From Candidatus Zixiibacteriota bacterium (GTDB taxonomy: Bacteria > Zixibacteria > MSB-5A5 > GN15 > JAAZOE01), in assembly GCA_043819555.1 (NCBI GenBank), contig JBDREQ010000076.1, positions 32,001 to 96,000 of the forward strand: a stretch of DNA of 64,000 bases. Reading direction: 5' to 3'. Each line of letters starts with the position of its first letter. The first letter of the stretch is position 1. Below the pieces are notes generated by a model. That model saw only the letters and a list, made by a program, of their open reading frames with translations, did not search any database and was not told where the DNA came from. The translations under genes were made by a program, and so were the position numbers. Positions 30,131 through 38,821 of this stretch are shown piece by piece.

Positions 30131-30769
30131 ATGAAATACATAATATTTGTATTAGCAATAGTTTTCGTGCTATCCAGTTCCGGATACTCGCAGAGTCTAC
30201 TTAATCTTGTACAATGGCCAGTTGATGATGGTGGCAATGATCACTGGTATGCAGTCATGTCGGAACAATACTATTGGGCGGATGCTTTCGTCGCGGCTCC
30301 GACTATTGAAGTTGATGGGTACTTCGGTCATTTAGCGACAATTACTTCTGCTGCTGAAAACGAATTTATATTTTCAAATCTCGTCCTGAATTCAATTGAT
30401 CCCTTGTATGGCGATCAGGCTTGGCTTGGAGCCAGAGACGTTGGTAACAATACTTGGGAATGGATCACTGGCGAGGAAATGATTTATACAAATTGGGCCC
30501 CTGGAGAGCCTAATAATCTCGGAACGGAATTAACAATGTCTATGTGGGATGTTGATACTGATCCCAATAAGCCTAATCAAGTCCCAGGTATGTGGAATAA
30601 TTCTCTGTCGGATCAGCGAGATTGGTGGTCGATTGTGGAATGGGATGTGATACCTTCGCCTTCTCCACCAGTGGATATTGAGCCACCGCCTATCCCCGAA
30701 CCAACAACATTAGTCCTTTTCGGATTGGGGCTTGTGGGATTGCCGGTTGTGAGGAAGTTTCTGCGATAG
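30131..30769 (+). CDS. Secreted C-type lectin domain protein with PEP-CTERM sorting signal
   Basis: Signal peptide; GGNDHWY, GHLATITSAAENEFI, WLGA, WITGE, YTNWAPGEPNN, WNN; Pro linker; IPEPTTLVLFGLGLVG...RK tail. Confidence 0.92.
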   Translation: MKYIIFVLAIVFVLSSSGYSQSLLNLVQWPVDDGGNDHWYAVMSEQYYWADAFVAAPTIEVDGYFGHLATITSAAENEFIFSNLVLNSIDPLYGDQAWLGARDVGNNTWEWITGEEMIYTNWAPGEPNNLGTELTMSMWDVDTDPNKPNQVPGMWNNSLSDQRDWWSIVEWDVIPSPSPPVDIEPPPIPEPTTLVLFGLGLVGLPVVRKFLR

Positions 30770-30804
30770 GATACATATATTTTATTTTATATGCGGACTG
30801 GTGG

Positions 30805-30843
30805 CCCATCTCAAAAATAAGCGCAGCGTTTTTTTGAGGTGGG
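30805..30843. repeat. Long palindromic hairpin (REP-like or terminator)
   Basis: CCCATCTCAAAAA-N13-TTTTTGAGGTGGG. Confidence 0.6.
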
Positions 30844-30859
30844 TTCCCGCTTTGAGCGA

Positions 30860-30889
30860 TTGACATTGGCAGATAAATATTCTTATAAT
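30860..30889 (+). promoter_or_regulatory. Sigma70-type promoter for the HAD gene
   Basis: Perfect TTGACA-N18-TATAAT. Confidence 0.7.
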
Positions 30890-30919
30890 TAATATAAAAC
30901 GATTTGGTTTGTGGTGGCT

Positions 30920-31567
30920 ATGAAAATAAGAGCTTTCTTTTTCGATTTAGATGGAACAATAATCAGGAACATCGATTCTGTTAAATACCTCTGTATGCTA
31001 AATGATGGTTTAGAACAACTTAAAAAAATCGAAAGCCTTGAAGACAATAATATGGTTTCATGGATCGAAGCCGATTATCTTAAGGCAGAACTAATCAAAG
31101 GCATCAGTCTCAAAGATGCAAACGATAAATTCGATGATAATATTGAGCTGATTAAGAATCTGGAACCTGTTTTGACATTCTTGAAAGATAAGGGATTAAA
31201 GTTGGTGCTAATAACTGCGGGCCCAATTCAAGTCGCCAATAAACTCGGGACAAAATATGGCTTCGATGGTATTTACGGAAGTCAATATGAAGTAAAAGAC
31301 AACAAATTTACCGGAAAGATATTAACGCACCTGGGAAGCAAAGGCAAGGTAAATGGTCTTAATGATTTTTGTGAAAAATACGGTATTCGTCCGGATCAGT
31401 GCGCGGCAATTGGAGATAGCGATTCAGATATCGATATTTTTGAGAATTGCAGTAAATCAATAGCCATAAACTATACCGATGAATTGAAGGGAAAGGCCTC
31501 TGATTATATTATCACCGACGATCTTTTTGACATAATTGATATTATTGAACCTTGGCTCACAGAATAA
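30920..31567 (+). CDS. HAD-IB hydrolase, phosphoserine phosphatase-like
   Basis: FFDLDGT, ITAG, GK, IGDSDSD; start may be GTG 30911. Confidence 0.85.
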   Translation: MKIRAFFFDLDGTIIRNIDSVKYLCMLNDGLEQLKKIESLEDNNMVSWIEADYLKAELIKGISLKDANDKFDDNIELIKNLEPVLTFLKDKGLKLVLITAGPIQVANKLGTKYGFDGIYGSQYEVKDNKFTGKILTHLGSKGKVNGLNDFCEKYGIRPDQCAAIGDSDSDIDIFENCSKSIAINYTDELKGKASDYIITDDLFDIIDIIEPWLTE

Positions 31568-31588
31568 AAACTCTCCGCATGCTACTCG

Positions 31589-32707
31589 TTATAATGCCTT
31601 CTGATAAATTCCCATGATTGCGTCTTTTGTAATCTCAGCGGGTGTGATTTTGACATCACCCTTGACGATTGTCTTCTCGGCATAGATCTCAAAATCGCCT
31701 TGATTAATTCCATAGTCCGATAACGAAGTTGAAATACCCAGGCCATTAACAAACTCTTGAATACCACCAACTTTCTCAAACATATTATCGAGTCGCGACA
31801 CTTTTTCAAAAACGGTCGAGTTATCCCTCATGAAATTCATAAACTCCGGCAGTAAAATAGCGTTTGCTTTACCATGCGGAATATTATGATAAACGGTCAA
31901 CGGATACGCCATTATATGAAGCATAATCGTACTGGCATGAGCAATTGTTATTCCGGCCAACATTGAAGCATAAGCCATAGCATCCATCGTATCTTTATCC
32001 TTTGATTTAGCTTTAGCAATATTATCCCGAACAATTTCTATGGCATGCAGAGCGAGGAGGTCATTCATCATAAATGATTCGGTTGATAAATATGCCTCAA
32101 CGGCATGCGTCAACACATCCATCCCGGTATTTACAATCACACTTTCAGGCATAGTGTAAGTTAGTTCCGGGTCAACTATCGACACACGGGGAAAAATGCC
32201 TTCATTACTTATCGCGCCCTTGGATTCATTTTCTTTATCAGTAAAGACAGCATAAGGAGTCACTTCGCTTCCCGTACCGGAAGTCGTGGGGATACAAATG
32301 TTAGGCAGAGGTTTATTCTCGATGGGCTTACCAGCCATATATGTGCCAATATCACCGGGATTAGTCGCCAGTACCGCGATTCCTTTGGCCGCATCCATGC
32401 ATGACCCTCCCCCAATGCCAATGATAATATCTGTCTTGCTCGAAACCGCAATTTCTTTCCCTCTAGTGATTGTTTCGATTGATGGGTTTTCTTCCACGTC
32501 ATCATATATAACAACTATGTGATCTTTTAAATTTTCACAAATGGTTTTCACAGCAGGACTTTTTGAAGCCACAATTTTATCGGTGACTATTAGAATATTA
32601 TCTTCGGATGGAAGCAGGATACTTTCCAATTTGGAAATCTCTCCCCGGCCAAAAATAATTTTCGTCGGGATATGAAATTCAAAATTCTTCATAGTTGTCT
32701 CCATCAA
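31589..32707 (-). CDS. Iron-containing alcohol dehydrogenase
   Basis: PTKIIFG, GGGSCMDAAK, PTTSGTGSEVT, DVLTHAVE, H...PHG. Confidence 0.93.
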   Translation of the reverse strand: MMETTMKNFEFHIPTKIIFGRGEISKLESILLPSEDNILIVTDKIVASKSPAVKTICENLKDHIVVIYDDVEENPSIETITRGKEIAVSSKTDIIIGIGGGSCMDAAKGIAVLATNPGDIGTYMAGKPIENKPLPNICIPTTSGTGSEVTPYAVFTDKENESKGAISNEGIFPRVSIVDPELTYTMPESVIVNTGMDVLTHAVEAYLSTESFMMNDLLALHAIEIVRDNIAKAKSKDKDTMDAMAYASMLAGITIAHASTIMLHIMAYPLTVYHNIPHGKANAILLPEFMNFMRDNSTVFEKVSRLDNMFEKVGGIQEFVNGLGISTSLSDYGINQGDFEIYAEKTIVKGDVKITPAEITKDAIMGIYQKAL

Positions 32708-32810
32708 TCAGTGAAAGTGACTTCTCCAATAGTGCAACGTGCAATTTAACTCAAGAAACAATTTGAGGCAACTGTCAGTAATTTAATTAATATCAAAGCT
32801 GACTTTTATC

Positions 32811-32838
32811 TTGACAGATTTGAAACATTTTATATACT
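32811..32838 (+). promoter_or_regulatory. Sigma70-type promoter for the leader-rsgA-kinase unit
   Basis: TTGACA-N16-TATACT about 250 nt upstream of rsgA. Confidence 0.7.
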
Positions 32839-32895
32839 AAATGCGTAAATTTCGATATTGCATATTTTAATATGTAGTTCCGAAAGGAGAATTTT

Positions 32896-32925
32896 ATGAT
32901 TGAACGGGCGGTAATTCTAATTTAA
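32896..32925 (+). CDS. Putative leader peptide MIERAVILI
   Basis: Strong AAAGGAG RBS 6 nt before ATG; 9 codons then TAA; overlaps one arm of mutually exclusive stems. Confidence 0.6.
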   Translation: MIERAVILI

Positions 32926-33097
32926 TATCATGCCCGTGAACTGTGTTTATTTACTTGACGCAGTCATACGTTGTATTCATTTCTTTTTTGCCGCGGGCGT
33001 GGTATGTCTGCGGATATCCTCTATAAAACTCAATGGATTTCCGTGTATCTGACAGGTACGATGATATCTTAATACCAAATTGAAGGAAATAAAAGAA

Positions 33098-34204
33098 ATG
33101 GGTTTAGAAGTACTGGGCTGGAATAGTTTTTTTGAAAGCCAATTCAATTCTCTGAACAATGGTGATTATGCCCCCGGTCGCATTATTCAGGAGCATCGGA
33201 AATTATATATAGTTGAAACTGAACTGGGGCAATTGCAGGCTGAAGTATCAGGGCGCTTCATGCATTCGGCAAATAACCTAAGCGATTATCCTGCCATCGG
33301 CGACTGGGTTGCGTTGTCTATTCGGCCGGATGAAAAACGGGCAACTATCCATGCCCTTCTCCCCCGCAAAACTTCTTTTAGCCGTAAAGCGGTATTATCA
33401 GGCAGCAAAAAAACAGGCGGAGGAAAAACTGATGAACAGGTTCTGGCCGCCAATATTGATATAGTTTTTCTTGTCTGCGGACTGGATGACAACTTCAATA
33501 TTCGACGTATCGAACGTTATTTATCAATCGGCTGGGACAGCGGCGCCACTCCGGTTATCGTTCTGAATAAAACTGATGTTTGCCCGAATGTTGAAGATTG
33601 TTTCGAAGAAGTCGAATCGGTTGCAATCGGCGTGACAATCCTGGCAGTCAGCGCCATAGAAGGCAGTGGACTTGATGAATTGCAAGCCTGTATCCCTTCG
33701 GGAAAAACAGCGGTTCTTTTGGGATCCTCAGGGGTTGGCAAATCGACTTTAGTAAATTGCCTACTGGGTGAGGACAGGCTTGATACCGGCGGCGTTCGAA
33801 TCGCCGATAGCAGAGGTCGGCATACAACCATCCACCGCGAGCTAATAGTTCTACCATCGGGAGGAATTGTTATTGACACGCCCGGTTTACGCGAGATCCA
33901 GGCCTTCGGTGATGAAGATGGCCTTAGCCGAACCTTCTCCGATATAGAAGTATTGGCTTCGCAATGTCGTTTTGCTGACTGTCAACACCAAAACGAACCA
34001 GGATGTGCTATTCAAAATGCAATTGCATTGGGAGATCTTGATGAGTCTCGGTTTAATAGTTATCTAAAATTGTTAAAAGAAATGGCGCATATAGAAATTC
34101 GCAAAGATGTAAAAGCTCAGAGGCAATTGCGCCGGAATTGGGACAAAAAAATCCGTCAGCACTTTCGAGAAATTAGTGAATTAAAGAAAAAGGGGTTGGC
34201 GTAG
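33098..34204 (+). CDS. rsgA: Ribosome small subunit-dependent GTPase A (RsgA family, probably a secondary paralog)
   Basis: OB fold PAIGDWV, circularly permuted GTPase NKTD / GSSGVGKST / GRHTT / DTPG, zinc finger CRFADCQHQNEPGC; start ATG 33098 or TTG 33080. Confidence 0.93.
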   Translation: MGLEVLGWNSFFESQFNSLNNGDYAPGRIIQEHRKLYIVETELGQLQAEVSGRFMHSANNLSDYPAIGDWVALSIRPDEKRATIHALLPRKTSFSRKAVLSGSKKTGGGKTDEQVLAANIDIVFLVCGLDDNFNIRRIERYLSIGWDSGATPVIVLNKTDVCPNVEDCFEEVESVAIGVTILAVSAIEGSGLDELQACIPSGKTAVLLGSSGVGKSTLVNCLLGEDRLDTGGVRIADSRGRHTTIHRELIVLPSGGIVIDTPGLREIQAFGDEDGLSRTFSDIEVLASQCRFADCQHQNEPGCAIQNAIALGDLDESRFNSYLKLLKEMAHIEIRKDVKAQRQLRRNWDKKIRQHFREISELKKKGLA

Positions 34205-34257
34205 ATCCTGCTTTTTCAATTATAAGCAACATGACATTATAAACCTGGAGGATTACT

Positions 34258-35271
34258 TTGGATCAAAGAAGTAAGGCCGTATATAAAGATCATGAAGAAG
34301 ATATTCTCGCCGCCGTATTAAAATATTTTAGCATTGAAAAATCAGACCTCAAACGCCTCGGTTCATTTGAAAGCTTCGTTTATGAATTCGAACGAAATAA
34401 TCAGGATTATATATTAAAAATCACCCACAGTCTGCATCGAGACGAAAACCAGATTATGGGTGAGTTGGACTGGACCAATTACCTGTCAGATAATGGAATT
34501 TCTGTCGCCCGGCCCATTCAATCGGTGAATAACAAATGGGTCGAGCGAGTTGACGTTGATGATTCATACTTCTTAATCTATGCTTTTGAAAAAGTAAATG
34601 GACATCACATCGGAGAAGATGATTGGGACGATTCTCTAATTATCAAATGGGGCAAAATTACAGGACGGATGCATGCCCTCACAAAGATATACAAGCCAAC
34701 CAGACCGGAGTTTAAGAGAATTGATGTTTTTAATGACGGCTTTTATAATTGGAGGAACATCGATCTGGAAAAATATAAATTCCCAGAAGTCTTAAAGCGA
34801 TGCCATGAGGTTATTGATGATATGAAACAATTGCCCAAAGATGATAATTCATTTGGCTTAATTCACACGGATCTTCATTCCTGGAATTTTTATGTTAATA
34901 ATAGAGATATGACGATTTTTGATTTCGACGATTGTGCTTACAATTGGTTCGCTCACGATATCGCTATCCCCTTATTTTACGAACTTCAGTCAAATCGATT
35001 TGAGCCTCGCGATGCGGCTTTTGCCAGGAGATTTTTCAGGAATTTTATGGAAGGTTACTCATCTGAAAATCAAATTGACACTGATTGGCTAAGCCATATT
35101 CCCCTCTTTATGAAAATGCGGGAAATCGATTGCTTTCTTATTCTTGTTTCAGAAAATGCGGAAGATGAGAATGACTGGTGTCGCAAATTCATGGCTGGCC
35201 GCCGGGAAAAAATCGAAAACGATGTACCGGTAGTGGATATTGATTTTACTGAATTTGATGAGGGAGTATAA
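34258..35271 (+). CDS. APH/choline kinase-fold phosphotransferase, YerI/AmiN-like
   Basis: YILKITHS, IMGELDW, GISVARP, GLIHTDLHSWN (Brenner motif), FDFDDCAYNWF; GGAGG RBS with TTG start. Confidence 0.88.
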   Translation: MDQRSKAVYKDHEEDILAAVLKYFSIEKSDLKRLGSFESFVYEFERNNQDYILKITHSLHRDENQIMGELDWTNYLSDNGISVARPIQSVNNKWVERVDVDDSYFLIYAFEKVNGHHIGEDDWDDSLIIKWGKITGRMHALTKIYKPTRPEFKRIDVFNDGFYNWRNIDLEKYKFPEVLKRCHEVIDDMKQLPKDDNSFGLIHTDLHSWNFYVNNRDMTIFDFDDCAYNWFAHDIAIPLFYELQSNRFEPRDAAFARRFFRNFMEGYSSENQIDTDWLSHIPLFMKMREIDCFLILVSENAEDENDWCRKFMAGRREKIENDVPVVDIDFTEFDEGV

Positions 35272-35273
35272 AT

Positions 35274-36668
35274 TTATACTTTCACATGCAGCCAATTGCC
35301 CCGGCGATAATACAGGTAAAATATCCAGGTTATGGCAATATTCGATATTGACATACACCACCACACCGAGTTTTGATTCATTCCCAGTAAATGAACACAT
35401 ATCAATATCGAAGGGATTTGCATCAGCCAGCCGGAAGTTATATCCATAGTCATTATCGGCTTGTTTTCCCCAACTCCGGTGTAAATATTTTCCATCATAA
35501 AATACGCGCCCAAAAAAGGCAATGCCAGGGCGCTTACATATAAAATTGTAATCCCATATTCGATTATTTCCGGTTCCTCAAAAAATTGCCCCATAATATA
35601 CCGCGCGAATATCACCGTCATTAGACCCAAAAATGTCATTATTCCAACGGCGAGCCGGATTGCCTGAGATGCTGTTTCCCTTGCCCGTTCAAATTTCTTT
35701 GCTCCAAGATTATGTCCAATCAGTGCAGATAAACCTAATCCGATGCCAACCATCAGCATTACTCCCAGTGCCGCGATATGCTGGCTGACACCATAAGCCG
35801 CTACCACCCCGGTTCCATAGGTCGCGATTATCGGCATGATTACCGCCCGCGACGTTGTAAATGAAAATGATCCGACAGCGGCCGGAGCGCCGATTTTCAG
35901 TATCCGCCACATGGTATCGTATCGTATTTTTTCTCTGGACCAAAGCCTGAGTTTGATATTAGTCCCGCCTGCATACATAATTATCATACCAACGATAAAC
36001 GCCAGGGCATAAGATATAACCGAAGCCCAGGCGGCGCCCTTGACGCCCCAGGCCGGAAAAATCCACCATCCGAATATCATAAAAGGATCAAGAATTATAT
36101 TAAAGACCGATAGCGAGATCATCAAGGCCATGGCAATGTTGGGATTCGAAGTCCCCCGCATCGACGTAAAAACCGAGTAAGTCGCAAAATTGAATCCCAG
36201 ACCGATAAAGATTATCCGCGAATAGATAACCGCGATTTTATGAACCTCGCCCTCGGCCCCCAACAAATCCAATGCCCAGGGCGCCAGTAAATATCCGAGA
36301 AAACCAAAAAACAAAGCCGCTATCCATTTTAGCAAAATAGTATCTTTTATTGACCTCTCAGTACGTTCGACATTTTTCTCCCCATAGCGTCTCGATATAA
36401 TCGCGACAGAACCGACTCCAACAATATGATTGGCTGAGTGTGCCACCCACAACATTGGCCCCGCGATCGTCAGCGCCGCGACCGCCTCCGGCCCCAGACC
36501 TGAAAGCCAATACATATCTACCAGGCTATATATATTGCCAAGGCCAAAACCAATCATTGAAGGAAGGCCCATTTTTAATATCGAACCGATAATCGAACCT
36601 TCGGTGTGATCAGTCAGTTTTTTTTGATTCGTTTTGTTATTGGTTATAGATTTTTCCTGGTCGGACAC
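35274..36668 (-). CDS. MATE family efflux transporter
   Basis: TEGSI, YSLVD..W.S.LG..AVAA, NIILDPFMIFG...WGVKGAAWAS; about 12 TM. Confidence 0.93.
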   Translation of the reverse strand: MSDQEKSITNNKTNQKKLTDHTEGSIIGSILKMGLPSMIGFGLGNIYSLVDMYWLSGLGPEAVAALTIAGPMLWVAHSANHIVGVGSVAIISRRYGEKNVERTERSIKDTILLKWIAALFFGFLGYLLAPWALDLLGAEGEVHKIAVIYSRIIFIGLGFNFATYSVFTSMRGTSNPNIAMALMISLSVFNIILDPFMIFGWWIFPAWGVKGAAWASVISYALAFIVGMIIMYAGGTNIKLRLWSREKIRYDTMWRILKIGAPAAVGSFSFTTSRAVIMPIIATYGTGVVAAYGVSQHIAALGVMLMVGIGLGLSALIGHNLGAKKFERARETASQAIRLAVGIMTFLGLMTVIFARYIMGQFFEEPEIIEYGITILYVSALALPFLGAYFMMENIYTGVGENKPIMTMDITSGWLMQIPSILICVHLLGMNQNSVWWCMSISNIAITWIFYLYYRRGNWLHVKV

Positions 36669-36788
36669 AAAACTCCCCGCAGTTATTCAATATTCGATGC
36701 CAATCTACTATTTATTTTGCAAAGCGCCAATTACTTTTTCTTCTAATCTCAAAATTACATATGCGACGAATTATTAGCTATTATATCC

Positions 36789-36820
36789 AAAAAAAACTCC
36801 GAATTTTATAAATTCGGAGT
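36789..36820 (-). terminator. Intrinsic terminator after tRNA-Tyr
   Basis: ACTCCGAATTT/AAATTCGGAGT stem with long U-tract on minus strand. Confidence 0.85.
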
Positions 36821-36829
36821 CTGAATTTA

Positions 36830-36911
36830 TGGAGGGGGAAGGATTCGAACCTTCGAAGGCATCGCCAATAGATTTACAGTCTATCCCCTTTGGCCGCTCG
36901 GGAACCCCTCC
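36830..36911 (-). tRNA. tRNA-Tyr(GTA)
   Basis: GGAGGGG/CCCCTCC acceptor stem, ATAGA-CTGTAAA-TCTAT anticodon arm, variable arm, GTTCGAAT. Confidence 0.96.
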
Positions 36912-36965
36912 GATATTTATAAAAAATTTTTCTGTCGAATCTCCTATTGGCCGTTTTGATTTTAC

Positions 36966-37038
36966 AGCCGGCGAGAGGAATCGAACCCCCGACAGGCTGA
37001 TTACAAATCAGCTACTCTACCATCTGAGTTACGCCGGC
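36966..37038 (-). tRNA. tRNA-Thr(TGT)
   Basis: GCCGGCG/CGCCGGC acceptor stem, GCTGA-TTTGTAA-TCAGC anticodon arm, GTTCGATT. Confidence 0.96.
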
Positions 37039-37321
37039 CTGTCAAAAATCAGGGCTATAACATAGTCATTATCATCGACTTGTCAAGAGGTTTTCTTGAC
37101 GGGCATTACTGCAAGAGTTTCTCAAGTAAAAAATCCAATAATTTCAATTGGGCCATGATTCTCTATAATCAAAACTATTACTTGAAAAGCATTAGAATCA
37201 ACAATATATGCACCCTATTCCTGCTTTGGCAAATTGGATTATATTTAGAGCGGCTTATATCGGAATACCTGGCCAATAAACTAATCTTTGAGTACCGAAT
37301 TCTTTTCGGTATCCGATTCAC

Positions 37322-37405
37322 CGCGCTGTCAGGTCCTGATCTCGGAATGCGAAAGTGTGACCTGACAGTCTAAAAAATGGGGCAGACGGGGACGTCTGAC
37401 GCCCA
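37322..37405. repeat. REP-like palindromic doublet downstream of cysS
   Basis: CTGTCAGGTC...GACCTGACAG 10-bp stem (related copy at 47740-47786) plus a GGGCAGACG-GGA-CGTCTG..GCCCAC hairpin. Confidence 0.7.
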
Positions 37406-37413
37406 CGAAGTAA

Positions 37414-38817
37414 CTACATCTTCCTCTTCCATTTGACGCCCGCCGGGGTGTCTTCAAGGACAATGCCTTGAGCCAATAACTCGTCGCGGATGCTGTCGGC
37501 TTCAGCCCAGTTCTTATCTTTTCGAGCATGATTGCGCGCTTCGATCAACTTCTCGATATCAGAATCCAAGGCGGCTTCGGCTTTTTTACGCAGTCCGAAA
37601 ACACTGTCAAAACCAGACACTGCCTCCAGAACAGCATCAGCTTCTGTTTTGGAGAGTTTATCTTCAGCTTTCAGGCGATTGATATCCCGAATTAAGTTAA
37701 AGACAACTCCAAACGCCTCGGAAATATTCAAATCATCATCTAAAGCCTCAACAAAATCAGCCTTCGCCTTTTCGATAAAACCTGCAACCTCTCCCCCGTC
37801 GGAATTAGACGAGACATCGCCCAGATTATCGATAAAATCATTATACCGTTTGACGCCTTCTCTTGCCGCATCAAGCAACTCAAAAGAAAAAACAAGCTGC
37901 ATCCGATAATGAGTCGAGATTAACAGGTACCGAATCGCCAGAGGCGAGTGGTCTTTATCCAAAAGATCGCGGAGAGTATAAAAATTACCCAGCGATTTCG
38001 ACATCTTATCTTCTTTGAGATTCAAATGTGCGCTGTGCATCCAGTAATTAGCGAATGGCTTGCTGGTGAATGCTTCCGACTGCGCGATTTCATTCTCGTG
38101 ATGCGGGAAAATATTATCGACACCGCCGGTATGAATATCAAACTGCTCGCCAAGGTATTTCATCGACATCGCCGAACATTCAATGTGCCACCCGGGGCGC
38201 CCTTTGCCAATTTCCGTTTCCCAGAAAACATCACCATCGGCTTCATCCCAGCCTTTCCACAAGGCGAAATCTGAAATACTGTCCCGTTCATATTCATCGG
38301 ATGCTACCCGCCGGCTGGCCCCGGCCTGAAGCTCGTCGAGTTTCATGTGCGACAGCTTACCGTAATCATTCTTTTTGGAAATCCTGAAATAAATGTCTCC
38401 GCCCGATTCATAAGCATATTCTTTTTCCAAAAGAGCCTTAACGATCTCGACCATTTCCGGAATATGATCGGTTGCCGCCGGATAATGTTCTGCCCTTTCA
38501 AAATTGAGAGAATCAATATCCTCAAAAAATCCTTTTATATATTGATCCGTAATATCTTTGATGGGAACACCCTGTTCTTTCGCCGCTTTTATCGTCTTGT
38601 CATCGATGTCTGTCAGATTCATAACCTGGGTAACTTTGTACCCTCTATACTTCAAATACCGGCGCAGAATATCCTCAAAAATAAACGTCCGCATGTTGCC
38701 GATATGCGGGAAATTATATACCGTCGGTCCGCAGGTGTACATCCGCACATGGCCGTCTTCAATCGGACGGAACTCTTCTTTGGTTCGAGTCATTGTATTA
38801 AAAAATCTCAATGCCAT
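37414..38817 (-). CDS. cysS: Cysteine--tRNA ligase
   Basis: YTCGPTVY, HIGN, GRPGWHIECSAM, KMSKSLGN. Confidence 0.98.
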   Translation of the reverse strand: MALRFFNTMTRTKEEFRPIEDGHVRMYTCGPTVYNFPHIGNMRTFIFEDILRRYLKYRGYKVTQVMNLTDIDDKTIKAAKEQGVPIKDITDQYIKGFFEDIDSLNFERAEHYPAATDHIPEMVEIVKALLEKEYAYESGGDIYFRISKKNDYGKLSHMKLDELQAGASRRVASDEYERDSISDFALWKGWDEADGDVFWETEIGKGRPGWHIECSAMSMKYLGEQFDIHTGGVDNIFPHHENEIAQSEAFTSKPFANYWMHSAHLNLKEDKMSKSLGNFYTLRDLLDKDHSPLAIRYLLISTHYRMQLVFSFELLDAAREGVKRYNDFIDNLGDVSSNSDGGEVAGFIEKAKADFVEALDDDLNISEAFGVVFNLIRDINRLKAEDKLSKTEADAVLEAVSGFDSVFGLRKKAEAALDSDIEKLIEARNHARKDKNWAEADSIRDELLAQGIVLEDTPAGVKWKRKM

Positions 38818-38821
38818 CACA

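Noticed and set aside
36829..37529. Short ORFs at 36829, 37080 and 37329
   Set aside because: They overlap tRNAs, promoter DNA, a palindromic element or the cysS end; no coding signal
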